Shown in pieces: positions 56,669 to 64,000 of a stretch of DNA of 64,000 nt; position 1 is the first letter of the stretch; each line of letters opens with the position of its first letter. Below the pieces are notes generated by a model that saw nothing but the letters and a program-made list of their open reading frames with translations, did not search any database and was not told the origin of the DNA. The DNA is from Dehalococcoidia bacterium (GTDB lineage: Bacteria; Chloroflexota; Dehalococcoidia; WHTO01). Location: contig JBBDXC010000013.1 of NCBI GenBank assembly GCA_040902555.1, positions 211,832-275,831 on the forward strand. The letters are read 5' to 3'. Both the position numbers and the translations under genes were made by a program.

Positions 56669-57286
56669 TCACGTGAGTAGTCCGCCGAGCCAGTCGAGGA
56701 ACCAGATGCCGCTGGCGAAGGGGTAGTCGCCCAGCCCATCGTCGCCCAGGATCTCCACCGCGATGACGCTCATCAGCACCGAGAACGCGGCCAGCCCGGC
56801 GAGGTTGGCCAGCGTTATCTGCACACTGCTGGCGTTGCTCGATGAGGCGATGGCGTACTGTGTGAGGACGAACGCAGCGACCATGCCCAGGAGGGCGAAC
56901 GGTGTGTCGAGCGGGGTGATGAAGATCAGCGCCATAATCGCTGCCGGTACGTAGGCAAAGCCCATCGTGGCGATGAGCTGCTGCACGTCGGCAGTTGCCT
57001 TATAGAACGAGTTGAGGAGCAGATAGGTGACCCCCGGCCAGGCCACCCAGAGTACGGTCTGGACGATAGTGCCGAGAATGACGGTTTTGATCAGCAGGTC
57101 ACCCTTCTCCGGCAGGTCCTCGACCGTGCCGTAGATGTAGGTGCCGATGCCGATGACGAGGTTGGTCAGAACCACGGCGATGAGTCCGCCGATCATGCCG
57201 GACGGATCGAGCTTGATCTCGTCGAAAGCTGTGCTGTCGAGGCGGATCACGCGGCCTAGCCAGTTGACTGTCCTTGCGAAGTCCAA
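56669..57286 (-). CDS. Yip1-domain membrane protein
   Basis: About 70% identical to the downstream paralog over the TM core (NWLGRVIRLD.TAFDEIK.DPSG...). Confidence 0.65.
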   Translation of the reverse strand: MDFARTVNWLGRVIRLDSTAFDEIKLDPSGMIGGLIAVVLTNLVIGIGTYIYGTVEDLPEKGDLLIKTVILGTIVQTVLWVAWPGVTYLLLNSFYKATADVQQLIATMGFAYVPAAIMALIFITPLDTPFALLGMVAAFVLTQYAIASSSNASSVQITLANLAGLAAFSVLMSVIAVEILGDDGLGDYPFASGIWFLDWLGGLLT

Positions 57287-57437
57287 ATTGCCTCCTTTTT
57301 AGCTTCAGGGAGGGGTCAGGCGATCAGCGAAAACTCTGCGCTCCTCACCTCCTGGACTCGTACTCGATTTGCATTCTGCTGGCGGAATAATATCACAAGA
57401 TTTGGCCCGCGCAGGCCGAAATCAACGGCGAAAATGA

Positions 57438-58196
57438 TTACGCGCCTAAACTTTTGCTTTGTGTTCGCCGATAGAGAGCGGCGGTTCGACGTGGGTATCG
57501 GCTTTCCGTCGGCGAAACCTTGTCCACCACGACGACGACGGAATTCAGTTCGGCGCTGTCCAGGAGCGGGACCGAACCTTGCAGTTTTCCTCCCAGGGCC
57601 GGCAGAAGTCCCTCAGCCTCAGTGACCTCATCGCCCACTCGGCTGCCCTTCTGGGCAAGGAGGCGACCGCCGACCTTCAGCAATGGCAAACTCAGCTCGA
57701 CGAGGATCGCCAGCCGGGCGACGGCCTTGGCCACCACGAGGTCGAAGGCAGCGCGGTACTCGGGGTTATGAGCCGCGTCCTCGGCCCGCTCGCCAACCAC
57801 CCGTAAGTCGAGGCCGAGCGTCGCCGCAGTCTCCCGCAGCCAGTCGGCTTTGCGCGTGCTGCCCTCAATCAACGTCACTTGCCACGCCGGCCGAGCTATC
57901 GCCATGGGTATCCCCGGCACGCCGCCCCCGCTGCCCAGATCGGCAAGCGTGACCCCTTCTCTCATCCCCCCTCCCCTAGGGGGTGAGGTCGCCATTTGGT
58001 CGATCAGATGCAGCAGTGCCAGGGACTCGACAACCTGTCGGGCGACCAGCTCTTCGCGAGTCGAGATCGCCGTCAGGTCAAGGCGCTCGCGGTCGCGTTC
58101 CAGCGCCGCCAGATAGCCCTGCATGAGCTCAAGAGCCGGCTGCGGAAGCGTGTAGCCGGCTTGCTCAAGTTGCTCCGAGAGGTCCCCCGAGGTCAC
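57438..58196 (-). CDS. rsmG: 16S rRNA (guanine527-N7)-methyltransferase
   Basis: SAM-binding DLGSGGGVPGIPMAIARP and RsmG/GidB overall pattern. 252 aa. Confidence 0.85.
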   Translation of the reverse strand: MTSGDLSEQLEQAGYTLPQPALELMQGYLAALERDRERLDLTAISTREELVARQVVESLALLHLIDQMATSPPRGGGMREGVTLADLGSGGGVPGIPMAIARPAWQVTLIEGSTRKADWLRETAATLGLDLRVVGERAEDAAHNPEYRAAFDLVVAKAVARLAILVELSLPLLKVGGRLLAQKGSRVGDEVTEAEGLLPALGGKLQGSVPLLDSAELNSVVVVVDKVSPTESRYPRRTAALYRRTQSKSLGA

Positions 58197-58256
58197 AAAT
58201 ACATCACTGAGGCAAGCTTTCAGGGAGGTGCCGAACTAGAATCGACAGAAGTGAAC

Positions 58257-59066
58257 ATGACAACCGCCAAAACGCTGGCTGACGCCCTCCAGCAATACCT
58301 CGAAGAGGGAAGTACAAAACTGATAGGCATGAAGCGCCGCCTCGCTGAGAACCAGGCCGAGCGTTTCGTCAAATGGGTCAAGCCGGATACCGCTCTGGAC
58401 AACGTCCGACCCTACGATGTCGAATCCTTTGTCAACGCTAACATCAGCGGCCACGCTTCCGACGCCGCCGACAAGGTCGAAGGCCTGCGCCACTTCCTTG
58501 AGTACCTCGGTAAGACCAGCGCAGCCATAAACCTCAAGAAGGAAGCCAAGGTCCCGCGCGTCAAGGGTTTGAAGCGCGGCACCAGCTCCCGCGAGGAGAC
58601 TGTCGTCCACCAGTTCACCGCGGAGGGCCACGCCTCCCTCACCGCCGAGCTGGAAATGCTGAAGAACCAGCGTCACGACATCCAGGCCTCGATCGGCGCC
58701 GCACGCGCCGACAAGGACTTCCGCGAGAACGCGCCGCTCGACGCCGCCCGCGAGAAGCAGGCCCTGCACGAGTCTCGGATCAAGGAAATCGAGAACTTGC
58801 TGAAGCACGCCGAGATCATGCCCAGCGGCGGCGATGGCAGGCGCGGCGTGCACGTCGGATCGACCATCATTGTCGCCAACGCAAAGTCCGGCAAGGAGCA
58901 GCGCTTCACCATCGTCCACCCCCGCGAGGTCAACCCCCAGGCCGGCAAGATCTCTATCGAGTCGCCGGTCGGCAAGGCCGTCCTCGGCAAGATGCCCGGC
59001 GACGAAGTCGAGGTCCAGGCGCCCTCCGGTATGCTGGTCCTCACGATCCGCAGCATCGAGTACTAG
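58257..59066 (+). CDS. greA: transcription elongation factor GreA with roughly 110-aa N-terminal extension
   Basis: C-terminal 160 aa is canonical GreA: coiled-coil with acidic tip (DFRENAPLDAARE) and FKBP-like domain (GSTIIV...GKISIESPVGKAVLGK). Start at internal ATG 58257 with upstream GGAGG. Confidence 0.8.
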   Translation: MTTAKTLADALQQYLEEGSTKLIGMKRRLAENQAERFVKWVKPDTALDNVRPYDVESFVNANISGHASDAADKVEGLRHFLEYLGKTSAAINLKKEAKVPRVKGLKRGTSSREETVVHQFTAEGHASLTAELEMLKNQRHDIQASIGAARADKDFRENAPLDAAREKQALHESRIKEIENLLKHAEIMPSGGDGRRGVHVGSTIIVANAKSGKEQRFTIVHPREVNPQAGKISIESPVGKAVLGKMPGDEVEVQAPSGMLVLTIRSIEY

Positions 59067-59236
59067 GCGCGCAGGCTCGCCTGCGATGAATCTTCACCTC
59101 CTGGCCTCCTCAGGCAACGCCTTTGCTTCCGGAGGAGGGCGCGCGCAGGCCGGGCCCCTCCAGCACCCCGCTCCTCACCATACCGCAGGGTCTTGTAACG
59201 CCAACCCCGGAGACTGCAGTGTCGTGCTCTCTCCTA

Positions 59237-59280
59237 TCCCCCCTCCCCTTGGCAAGGGGAGGGGGCAAGGGGGAGAGGTC
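59237..59280. repeat. palindromic intergenic repeat family, full copy
   Basis: cccccctccccttggcaaggggagggggcaagggggagaggtc. Its GGAGAGG tail sits 7 nt before the ATG at 59284. Confidence 0.8.
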
Positions 59281-59283
59281 GCG

Positions 59284-60009
59284 ATGAAGCTCCAGTTCCT
59301 GGGCTCGGGCAACGCCTTTGCCCCCGGCGGCCGCGGCTGGAGCTGCTTCTTGCTGAATGATCGCTACCTGTTCGACTGCGGCCCGCAGGCGCTCTCCTCG
59401 CTGAAGCGGCTCGCCATCGACCCGGCCCGCGTCGAAGCCATTTTCATAACCCACTTCCACGCCGACCACTGGCTCGGCGCTCCTTTCCTCTTCCTCGAAT
59501 ACGACTACATGACGCGCCGCGACAAGGTGTTGGAGGTCGTCGGCCCGCCGGGGATCGAAGAAAAGTTCGAGGATATGTACGAGCGTGGGTACTTCAAGAA
59601 CCGCAAACAGAAGCGCTTCAAGGTCAGCTACACCGAAGCCGCGCGGAGCAAGGCTGGGGAGGTTGCCGGCCTACCCTATGTCTCGCTGCCGATGAACCAC
59701 GCCAGGGAGAAGCTCGAAGCCTTCGGCTATCGGGTGACCATCGAGGGCCAGCTCCTGGCCTATACCGGCGACACGGCGTGGTGTGACGAGCTGTTGCAGC
59801 TGGGCGAGGGCGCCGACGCGATGGTCATCGACTGCTCCTATCCCGGTGACGGCGACGCCGGCACCCACATGGGCTTCAACGACGCCAAACGCCTGCGCTC
59901 GCTCATCGACCCGAAGACGACGCTGATCCTGACCCACCTCCAAGAGACGCCCGCGGAGTCCCTGCCATCCACCATCGTGGCCGAGGACTTCGCCACCTAC
60001 GAGATCTGA
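59284..60009 (+). CDS. MBL-fold metallo-hydrolase
   Basis: HxHxDH motif (THFHADHW) and the further MBL metal-ligand residues conserved. 241 aa. Confidence 0.75.
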   Translation: MKLQFLGSGNAFAPGGRGWSCFLLNDRYLFDCGPQALSSLKRLAIDPARVEAIFITHFHADHWLGAPFLFLEYDYMTRRDKVLEVVGPPGIEEKFEDMYERGYFKNRKQKRFKVSYTEAARSKAGEVAGLPYVSLPMNHAREKLEAFGYRVTIEGQLLAYTGDTAWCDELLQLGEGADAMVIDCSYPGDGDAGTHMGFNDAKRLRSLIDPKTTLILTHLQETPAESLPSTIVAEDFATYEI

Positions 60010-60650
60010 TGCGCGCCCTTGTCTCGGCCGGCGCCCCCGTCACCCAATCCCCCCTAGTTGAGGAAGCGCTGCGCAAGGCGGACTTGCTGATTGCCGCCAA
60101 TGGCGGCGGCGCGCGCCTGTTGCAGCTCGGCGTGACGCCCAACCTGCTGGTCGGGGACCTGGACTCGCTCACGCCCGGAACGCGAGATGCGCTCGTCGCC
60201 GGCGGCACCGAGTTCATCGAATATCCGCCCGCCAAAGACAAGACCGACACCCACCTCGCGCTCGAGGTAGCCTTCGAGCGCGGCGCCACGCAGGTCGACA
60301 TGCTCGGCCTCTTCGGCGGCGACAGGCTGGACCACGCCGTGGCTAACAGCCTTCTCCTGGCCCACGCCGACTTCCGCGAGCGCGACATCCGGATCATCGA
60401 CGGCGCCAACGAGGCGCGGCTCTGCCGCGGCTGGACTGTCGTCCAGGGTAAAGCCGGCGATTACCTGACCCTCATTCCTCTCACGCCCGAGGTAACCGGC
60501 ATCCGCACGAAGGGGCTGCGCTACGAGGTCCCCGAAGGCCGGCTAATGTTTGGCGACTCCCTCGGCGTGAGCAACGAGCTGATCGGCTTCGAGGCCGCCG
60601 TAAGTGCGGCGCAGGGCACCCTCCTCGTCCTCCACCACCACAGGTCCTAA
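60009..60650 (+). CDS. thiN: thiamine pyrophosphokinase
   Basis: TPK catalytic motif GDLDSL and C-terminal thiamin-binding domain. 213 aa. Confidence 0.85.
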   Translation: MRALVSAGAPVTQSPLVEEALRKADLLIAANGGGARLLQLGVTPNLLVGDLDSLTPGTRDALVAGGTEFIEYPPAKDKTDTHLALEVAFERGATQVDMLGLFGGDRLDHAVANSLLLAHADFRERDIRIIDGANEARLCRGWTVVQGKAGDYLTLIPLTPEVTGIRTKGLRYEVPEGRLMFGDSLGVSNELIGFEAAVSAAQGTLLVLHHHRS

Positions 60651-60654
60651 CTTT

Positions 60655-60711
60655 TCCCTCTCTGTTTACGGAGAGGGGGGCAGGGGTGAGGTTGGGGCGG
60701 GGCGGGGTGGC
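60655..60711. repeat. palindromic intergenic repeat family, long variant
   Basis: ccctctctgtttacggagaggggggcaggggtgaggttggggcggggcggggtggcc, immediately after the thiN stop. Confidence 0.75.
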
Positions 60712-60830
60712 CAATCCGCGGCGTCGGAAGACTACCGCGGCAACACCCGCAAACGGGGGCAGGTGGGAATTCGAGGCAGTCGGCCACGACCATCCGCTAT
60801 CCTGCAACCGTAACAACTGAATACGGAGAT

Positions 60831-60926
60831 CCGCTGGGGGAGTCCACTCAAGGGTGGACTGAGAGGCTGCTCGTGAGGGCACGACCCCTGGAACCTGACC
60901 TTGCTGATACGAGCGTAGGGAAGCGG
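60831..60926 (+). promoter_or_regulatory. TPP (thiamine pyrophosphate) riboswitch aptamer
   Basis: Conserved THI-box elements in order: CUGAGA, ACCC, GAACCUGA, GCUGAUAC, GCGUAGGGA, with closing P1 helix CCGC...GCGG. Confidence 0.85.
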
Positions 60927-60944
60927 GCTTAAGGGACACCAGTA

Positions 60945-60981
60945 CCGAGAGTCGCATCAGCGGGCTCTCGGTCTTCTTTTT
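60945..60981 (+). terminator. intrinsic terminator (riboswitch expression platform)
   Basis: 7-bp GC-rich stem ccgagag/ctctcgg followed by tcttcttttt, directly after the TPP aptamer. Confidence 0.7.
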
Positions 60982-61020
60982 CCCCTCTCCCGGCCGGGAG
61001 AGGGGCCAGGGGGAGAGGTT
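60982..61020. repeat. palindromic intergenic repeat family, full copy
   Basis: cccctctcccggccgggagaggggccagggggagaggtt, between the riboswitch terminator and the thiB start. Confidence 0.8.
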
Positions 61021-61045
61021 TGCGGGCCTCCGTCCGGGAGACTCG

Positions 61046-62086
61046 ATGAAGCTCATTTGCGCCTTACTCGTCACGGCTCTTGTTTTCCTTGCCGCCTGCG
61101 GTGACGACGACCACAGCGGCGGCGGCACGCTGCGCCTGCTCACCCACGATTCCTTCGCGGTCGATGAGGACGTTATCACCGAGTTCGAGCAGGGGCACGA
61201 CATCTCGGTCGAAATCATCCGCGGCGGCGACGCCGGCGCCGTCGTCAACTCCGCCATCCTCAGCAAGGGCAACCCGGTCGCCGACGTCCTCTTCGGGGTC
61301 GACAACACCTTTTTGGGGCGCGCCCTCGACGAGGAGATCTTCGTCGCCTATGAATCGCCGGAGCTCGACAACGTGGATGACCGCTTTGAGTTTTCCGAGT
61401 TCGTGACACCCATCGACTACGGCTACGTCAACCTAAACTATGACATCGCTGCCCTGGAAGCTGAGGGCCTCGCGCCGCCGGCGACGCTCGAGGAATTAAC
61501 CGAGCCAGCCTGGGAGGGTCTGGTGGTGGTCGAGAACCCCGCCACATCATCGCCCGGCCTCGCCTTCCTCGCTGCCACCGTCGCCTACTTCGGTGAGGGC
61601 GACGACTACGACTACCTGGACTTCTGGGCCGACATGCGCGCCAACGGCGTCGAGGTCAGCGACAGTTGGACTGACGCGTACTACACCCGCTTCACCCTCT
61701 ATGGCGGCGAGCAGCCGGTCGTCGTCAGCTACACCACCAGCCCCGCCTGCGAGCTGATCTTCGCCGAGGAGCCCCTCGACGAGCCCCCCATCGGCAACAT
61801 CACGCCGCCGCAGGGCTCGTTCGAGCAGATCGAGTTCGCTGGAATACTCGCCGGTGCCGACAACGAGGACGCGGCGCGCGACTTCATCGACTTCATGCTG
61901 GGGGAGCGCTTCCAGGTGGCCTTCCCCGACGACATGTGCGTCTTCCCGGTACGCGACGGCGCCGCCCTCCCTGAGGCCTTCTCCTTCGCCGAGCCGCCGG
62001 CTGAGCCTGCCGACCTGGATTACGAGACACTAGCGGCAAAGCGCGACGATTGGATCGAGGCATGGACCGACGTGGTACTGCGCTGA
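61046..62086 (+). CDS. thiB: thiamine ABC transporter substrate-binding lipoprotein
   Basis: Lipoprotein signal (LVFLAACGDD), periplasmic-binding-protein fold. Downstream of the TPP riboswitch and followed by a two-domain permease. Confidence 0.8.
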   Translation: MKLICALLVTALVFLAACGDDDHSGGGTLRLLTHDSFAVDEDVITEFEQGHDISVEIIRGGDAGAVVNSAILSKGNPVADVLFGVDNTFLGRALDEEIFVAYESPELDNVDDRFEFSEFVTPIDYGYVNLNYDIAALEAEGLAPPATLEELTEPAWEGLVVVENPATSSPGLAFLAATVAYFGEGDDYDYLDFWADMRANGVEVSDSWTDAYYTRFTLYGGEQPVVVSYTTSPACELIFAEEPLDEPPIGNITPPQGSFEQIEFAGILAGADNEDAARDFIDFMLGERFQVAFPDDMCVFPVRDGAALPEAFSFAEPPAEPADLDYETLAAKRDDWIEAWTDVVLR

Positions 62087-63774
62087 CCAGCGCCGGACGA
62101 TCCGCGCGCTGGCCACGCCTTTTGCCCTACGGCTGGCTGGCCTTCGGCGGCGCCCTAACCTTCCTCGCAATCTTCTTCGCCTACCCTCTGGTCGAAATCC
62201 TCAGGCGCAGCCTTTTCGACGGCTGGTCCCCGGACCTCGGCGCGTTCTCCGAAGTCCTGGGCGACGACTATTTCCGGGGGCGCATCTTCTTCAGCTTTTG
62301 GCTGGCGCTGGTATCGACTGTCGCCACGGTGGCCCTGGGCTTGCCCTCGGCCTACGTCTTCGCCCACTACAGCTTCCCCGGGAAAACCCTCCTGAGGTCG
62401 GTCAGCACCGTGCCGTTCGTCATGCCGGCGATCGTCGTGGCCTTCGGCTTCATCGCCCTTTTCGGGCCGGACGGACTGGTCAACGACGGCTTACGGTGGC
62501 TGCTGGGGCGCGACGACGCGGCGCTGGACATGATCGGCACATTCGAGGTCATCGTCCTCGCGCACGTCTTTTACAACTACACGATCGTGATGCGCGTGGT
62601 CTCGGGTTTCTGGGCCTCGCTCGACCCCCGGCTGGCCGAGGCCTCGCACGTGCTGGGCGCCGGGCGCTGGCAGACGCTGAGACATGTGACGGTCCCGCTC
62701 GTAGCGCCCGCGGTGGCCGCTGCCGCGCTGCTGGTCTTCATCTTCTCGTTCACCTCCTTCGGCGTGGTATTGATTCTCGGCAGCCGCGACCACGCGACAC
62801 TGGAAGTTGAGATCTATCGTCAAACGGCCCAGATCTTCGATCTACGCGTCGCCGGCGCTCTGGCCATGATCCAGGTCGTCGTCACATTCGGCTTCATGCT
62901 CCTCTACACACGGCTGCAGGAGCGGTCAGCCGCACGGATCGACTTCCGTCAGCAGCTTCGCGAGCGCGCGCCTGGGAGCGTTCTGGCGCGTTGCGCTGTG
63001 GTCCTGAATGCCCTGGCGGTGCTGCTGGTCGTCCTCTCCCCGCTGCTCGCCCTGGTCCACAGCGCGCTGCGCGTCGACGGCCACTATTCGACGGCGGCCT
63101 TCGAGAACCTCTTCAGCGGAGAGTCCGCGACGCTGCGCCTCGTCGCACCGGAGACGGCTATCAGAAACTCGCTGGCCTTCGCGGGGCTGACCGTCCTACT
63201 GGCGGTTCCGCTCGGGACGGCAATCGCCTATCGGCTGGCGGCGCAGGCGCGCTATAGCTTTGTCCTCGACGCGGTGCTGATGTTGCCGCTGGCGGTGTCC
63301 GCGGTAACCCTCGGCTTCGGCTTCCTGATCGCCCTCGACGAGCCGCCGCTCGACCTGCGCGCCAGCTGGCTGCTGCTCGTCATCGCCCACAGCCTGATCG
63401 CCTACCCGTTCGTCGTGCGCAGTCTGTTGTCCGTGCTCCGTGGCATCAACCCGAGGCTGCGGGAGGCTGCCGCGGTCCTTGGCGCGGGCCGGCTGCGCAC
63501 CTTTACCGAGGTCGACCTGCCGATCATCTGGCGGGCCCTGGTGGTTGGGGCCGTCTTCGCCTTCGCCGTCTCGCTCGGCGAGTTTGGCGCGACATTGCTG
63601 CTGGCACGGCCCGAGTACACGACAATGCCGGTGGCGATCTTCCGCGCGCTCGGCCAACCCGGCCCGCGCGCCTTGAGCGAGGCGTTGGCCATGGCGTCGC
63701 TGTTGATGCTTGTGGCCGGCGCGGGCTTCATTCTGATCGAGCGGTTGCGTTACCGCGGCAGCAGCGGGTTCTAG
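62050..63774 (+). CDS. thiP: thiamine/iron(III)-type ABC transporter permease (two fused transmembrane domains)
   Basis: 574 aa with 12 TM helices and two EAA-like permease loops. Start may be the second ATG at 62062. Confidence 0.8.
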   Translation: MDRGMDRRGTALTSAGRSARWPRLLPYGWLAFGGALTFLAIFFAYPLVEILRRSLFDGWSPDLGAFSEVLGDDYFRGRIFFSFWLALVSTVATVALGLPSAYVFAHYSFPGKTLLRSVSTVPFVMPAIVVAFGFIALFGPDGLVNDGLRWLLGRDDAALDMIGTFEVIVLAHVFYNYTIVMRVVSGFWASLDPRLAEASHVLGAGRWQTLRHVTVPLVAPAVAAAALLVFIFSFTSFGVVLILGSRDHATLEVEIYRQTAQIFDLRVAGALAMIQVVVTFGFMLLYTRLQERSAARIDFRQQLRERAPGSVLARCAVVLNALAVLLVVLSPLLALVHSALRVDGHYSTAAFENLFSGESATLRLVAPETAIRNSLAFAGLTVLLAVPLGTAIAYRLAAQARYSFVLDAVLMLPLAVSAVTLGFGFLIALDEPPLDLRASWLLLVIAHSLIAYPFVVRSLLSVLRGINPRLREAAAVLGAGRLRTFTEVDLPIIWRALVVGAVFAFAVSLGEFGATLLLARPEYTTMPVAIFRALGQPGPRALSEALAMASLLMLVAGAGFILIERLRYRGSSGF

Positions 63775-64000
63775 ATGGCCACTCTCCAGTTGACCGACAT
63801 CGGCAAGAGCTTCGGCGACCAGGTCGTGGTCGATGGCGTCTCCCTCGCTGTTTCCGACGCCGAGATCGTGGCCCTGCTCGGCCCGAGTGGTTGCGGCAAG
63901 ACGACGGTCCTGCGCATCGTCGCCGGCCTCGAGCCGGAGTACGAGGGAAGCGTCGCGCTGGACGGCGACGACCTGCGCGGGGTCCCGCCCAATGAGCGCG
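63775..64000 (+). CDS. thiQ: ABC transporter ATP-binding protein (thiamine importer ATPase), 5' partial at window end
   Basis: Walker A GPSGCGKTT in MATLQLTDIGKSFGDQVVVDGVSLAVSDAEIVALLGPSGCGKTTVLRIVAGLEP. ORF runs off the window. Confidence 0.75.
   Translation, partial: MATLQLTDIGKSFGDQVVVDGVSLAVSDAEIVALLGPSGCGKTTVLRIVAGLEPEYEGSVALDGDDLRGVPPNER

Overview
High-GC (~68%) bacterial chromosomal segment, gene-dense on both strands and mostly housekeeping/metabolic. The composition and the repeat family described below resemble Chloroflexota (Thermomicrobia-like) or actinobacterial genomes; no taxon is claimed. All calls are from reading the six-frame translations and the DNA; no database search was run.

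Recognisable genes: a cmk-plsC-ispH operon, tyrS, proB, rdgB, a dapA-family lyase, ctaA-ctaB (heme A/O synthesis) with an adjacent subunit-IV-like gene, rsmG, greA, two paralogous acyl-CoA dehydrogenases, a CaiB-type CoA transferase, a nitrilase, PhoD, a PmbA/TldD protease, two MFS transporters and a CDF transporter. A TPP riboswitch with an intrinsic terminator sits upstream of thiBPQ, next to a thiamine pyrophosphokinase gene.

Less ordinary content:
- A 12-copy family of palindromic intergenic repeats (core CCCCTCTCC-N4-7-GGAGAGGGG followed by TAGGGGAGAGGTT), mostly 10-40 bp upstream of start codons.
- A DsbA/FrnE-like gene whose first active-site Cys codon is an in-frame TGA (UxxC), a selenoprotein candidate.
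- A two-gene exopolysaccharide module (membrane GT2 synthase plus TAT-exported DUF2334 deacetylase-like protein) beside a coiled-coil protein with tandem NGNGQA repeats.
- A ferritin-like / 2[4Fe-4S] ferredoxin / ferritin-like trio.
- Two VapBC modules, an orphan Phd antitoxin and a SET-domain protein in a small accessory patch.
- Tandem Yip1-domain membrane paralogs.
- A roughly 680-bp lower-GC non-coding island with two long hairpins.
- Several likely frameshifted gene remnants.

No rRNA, tRNA, CRISPR array, transposase or integrase was seen.
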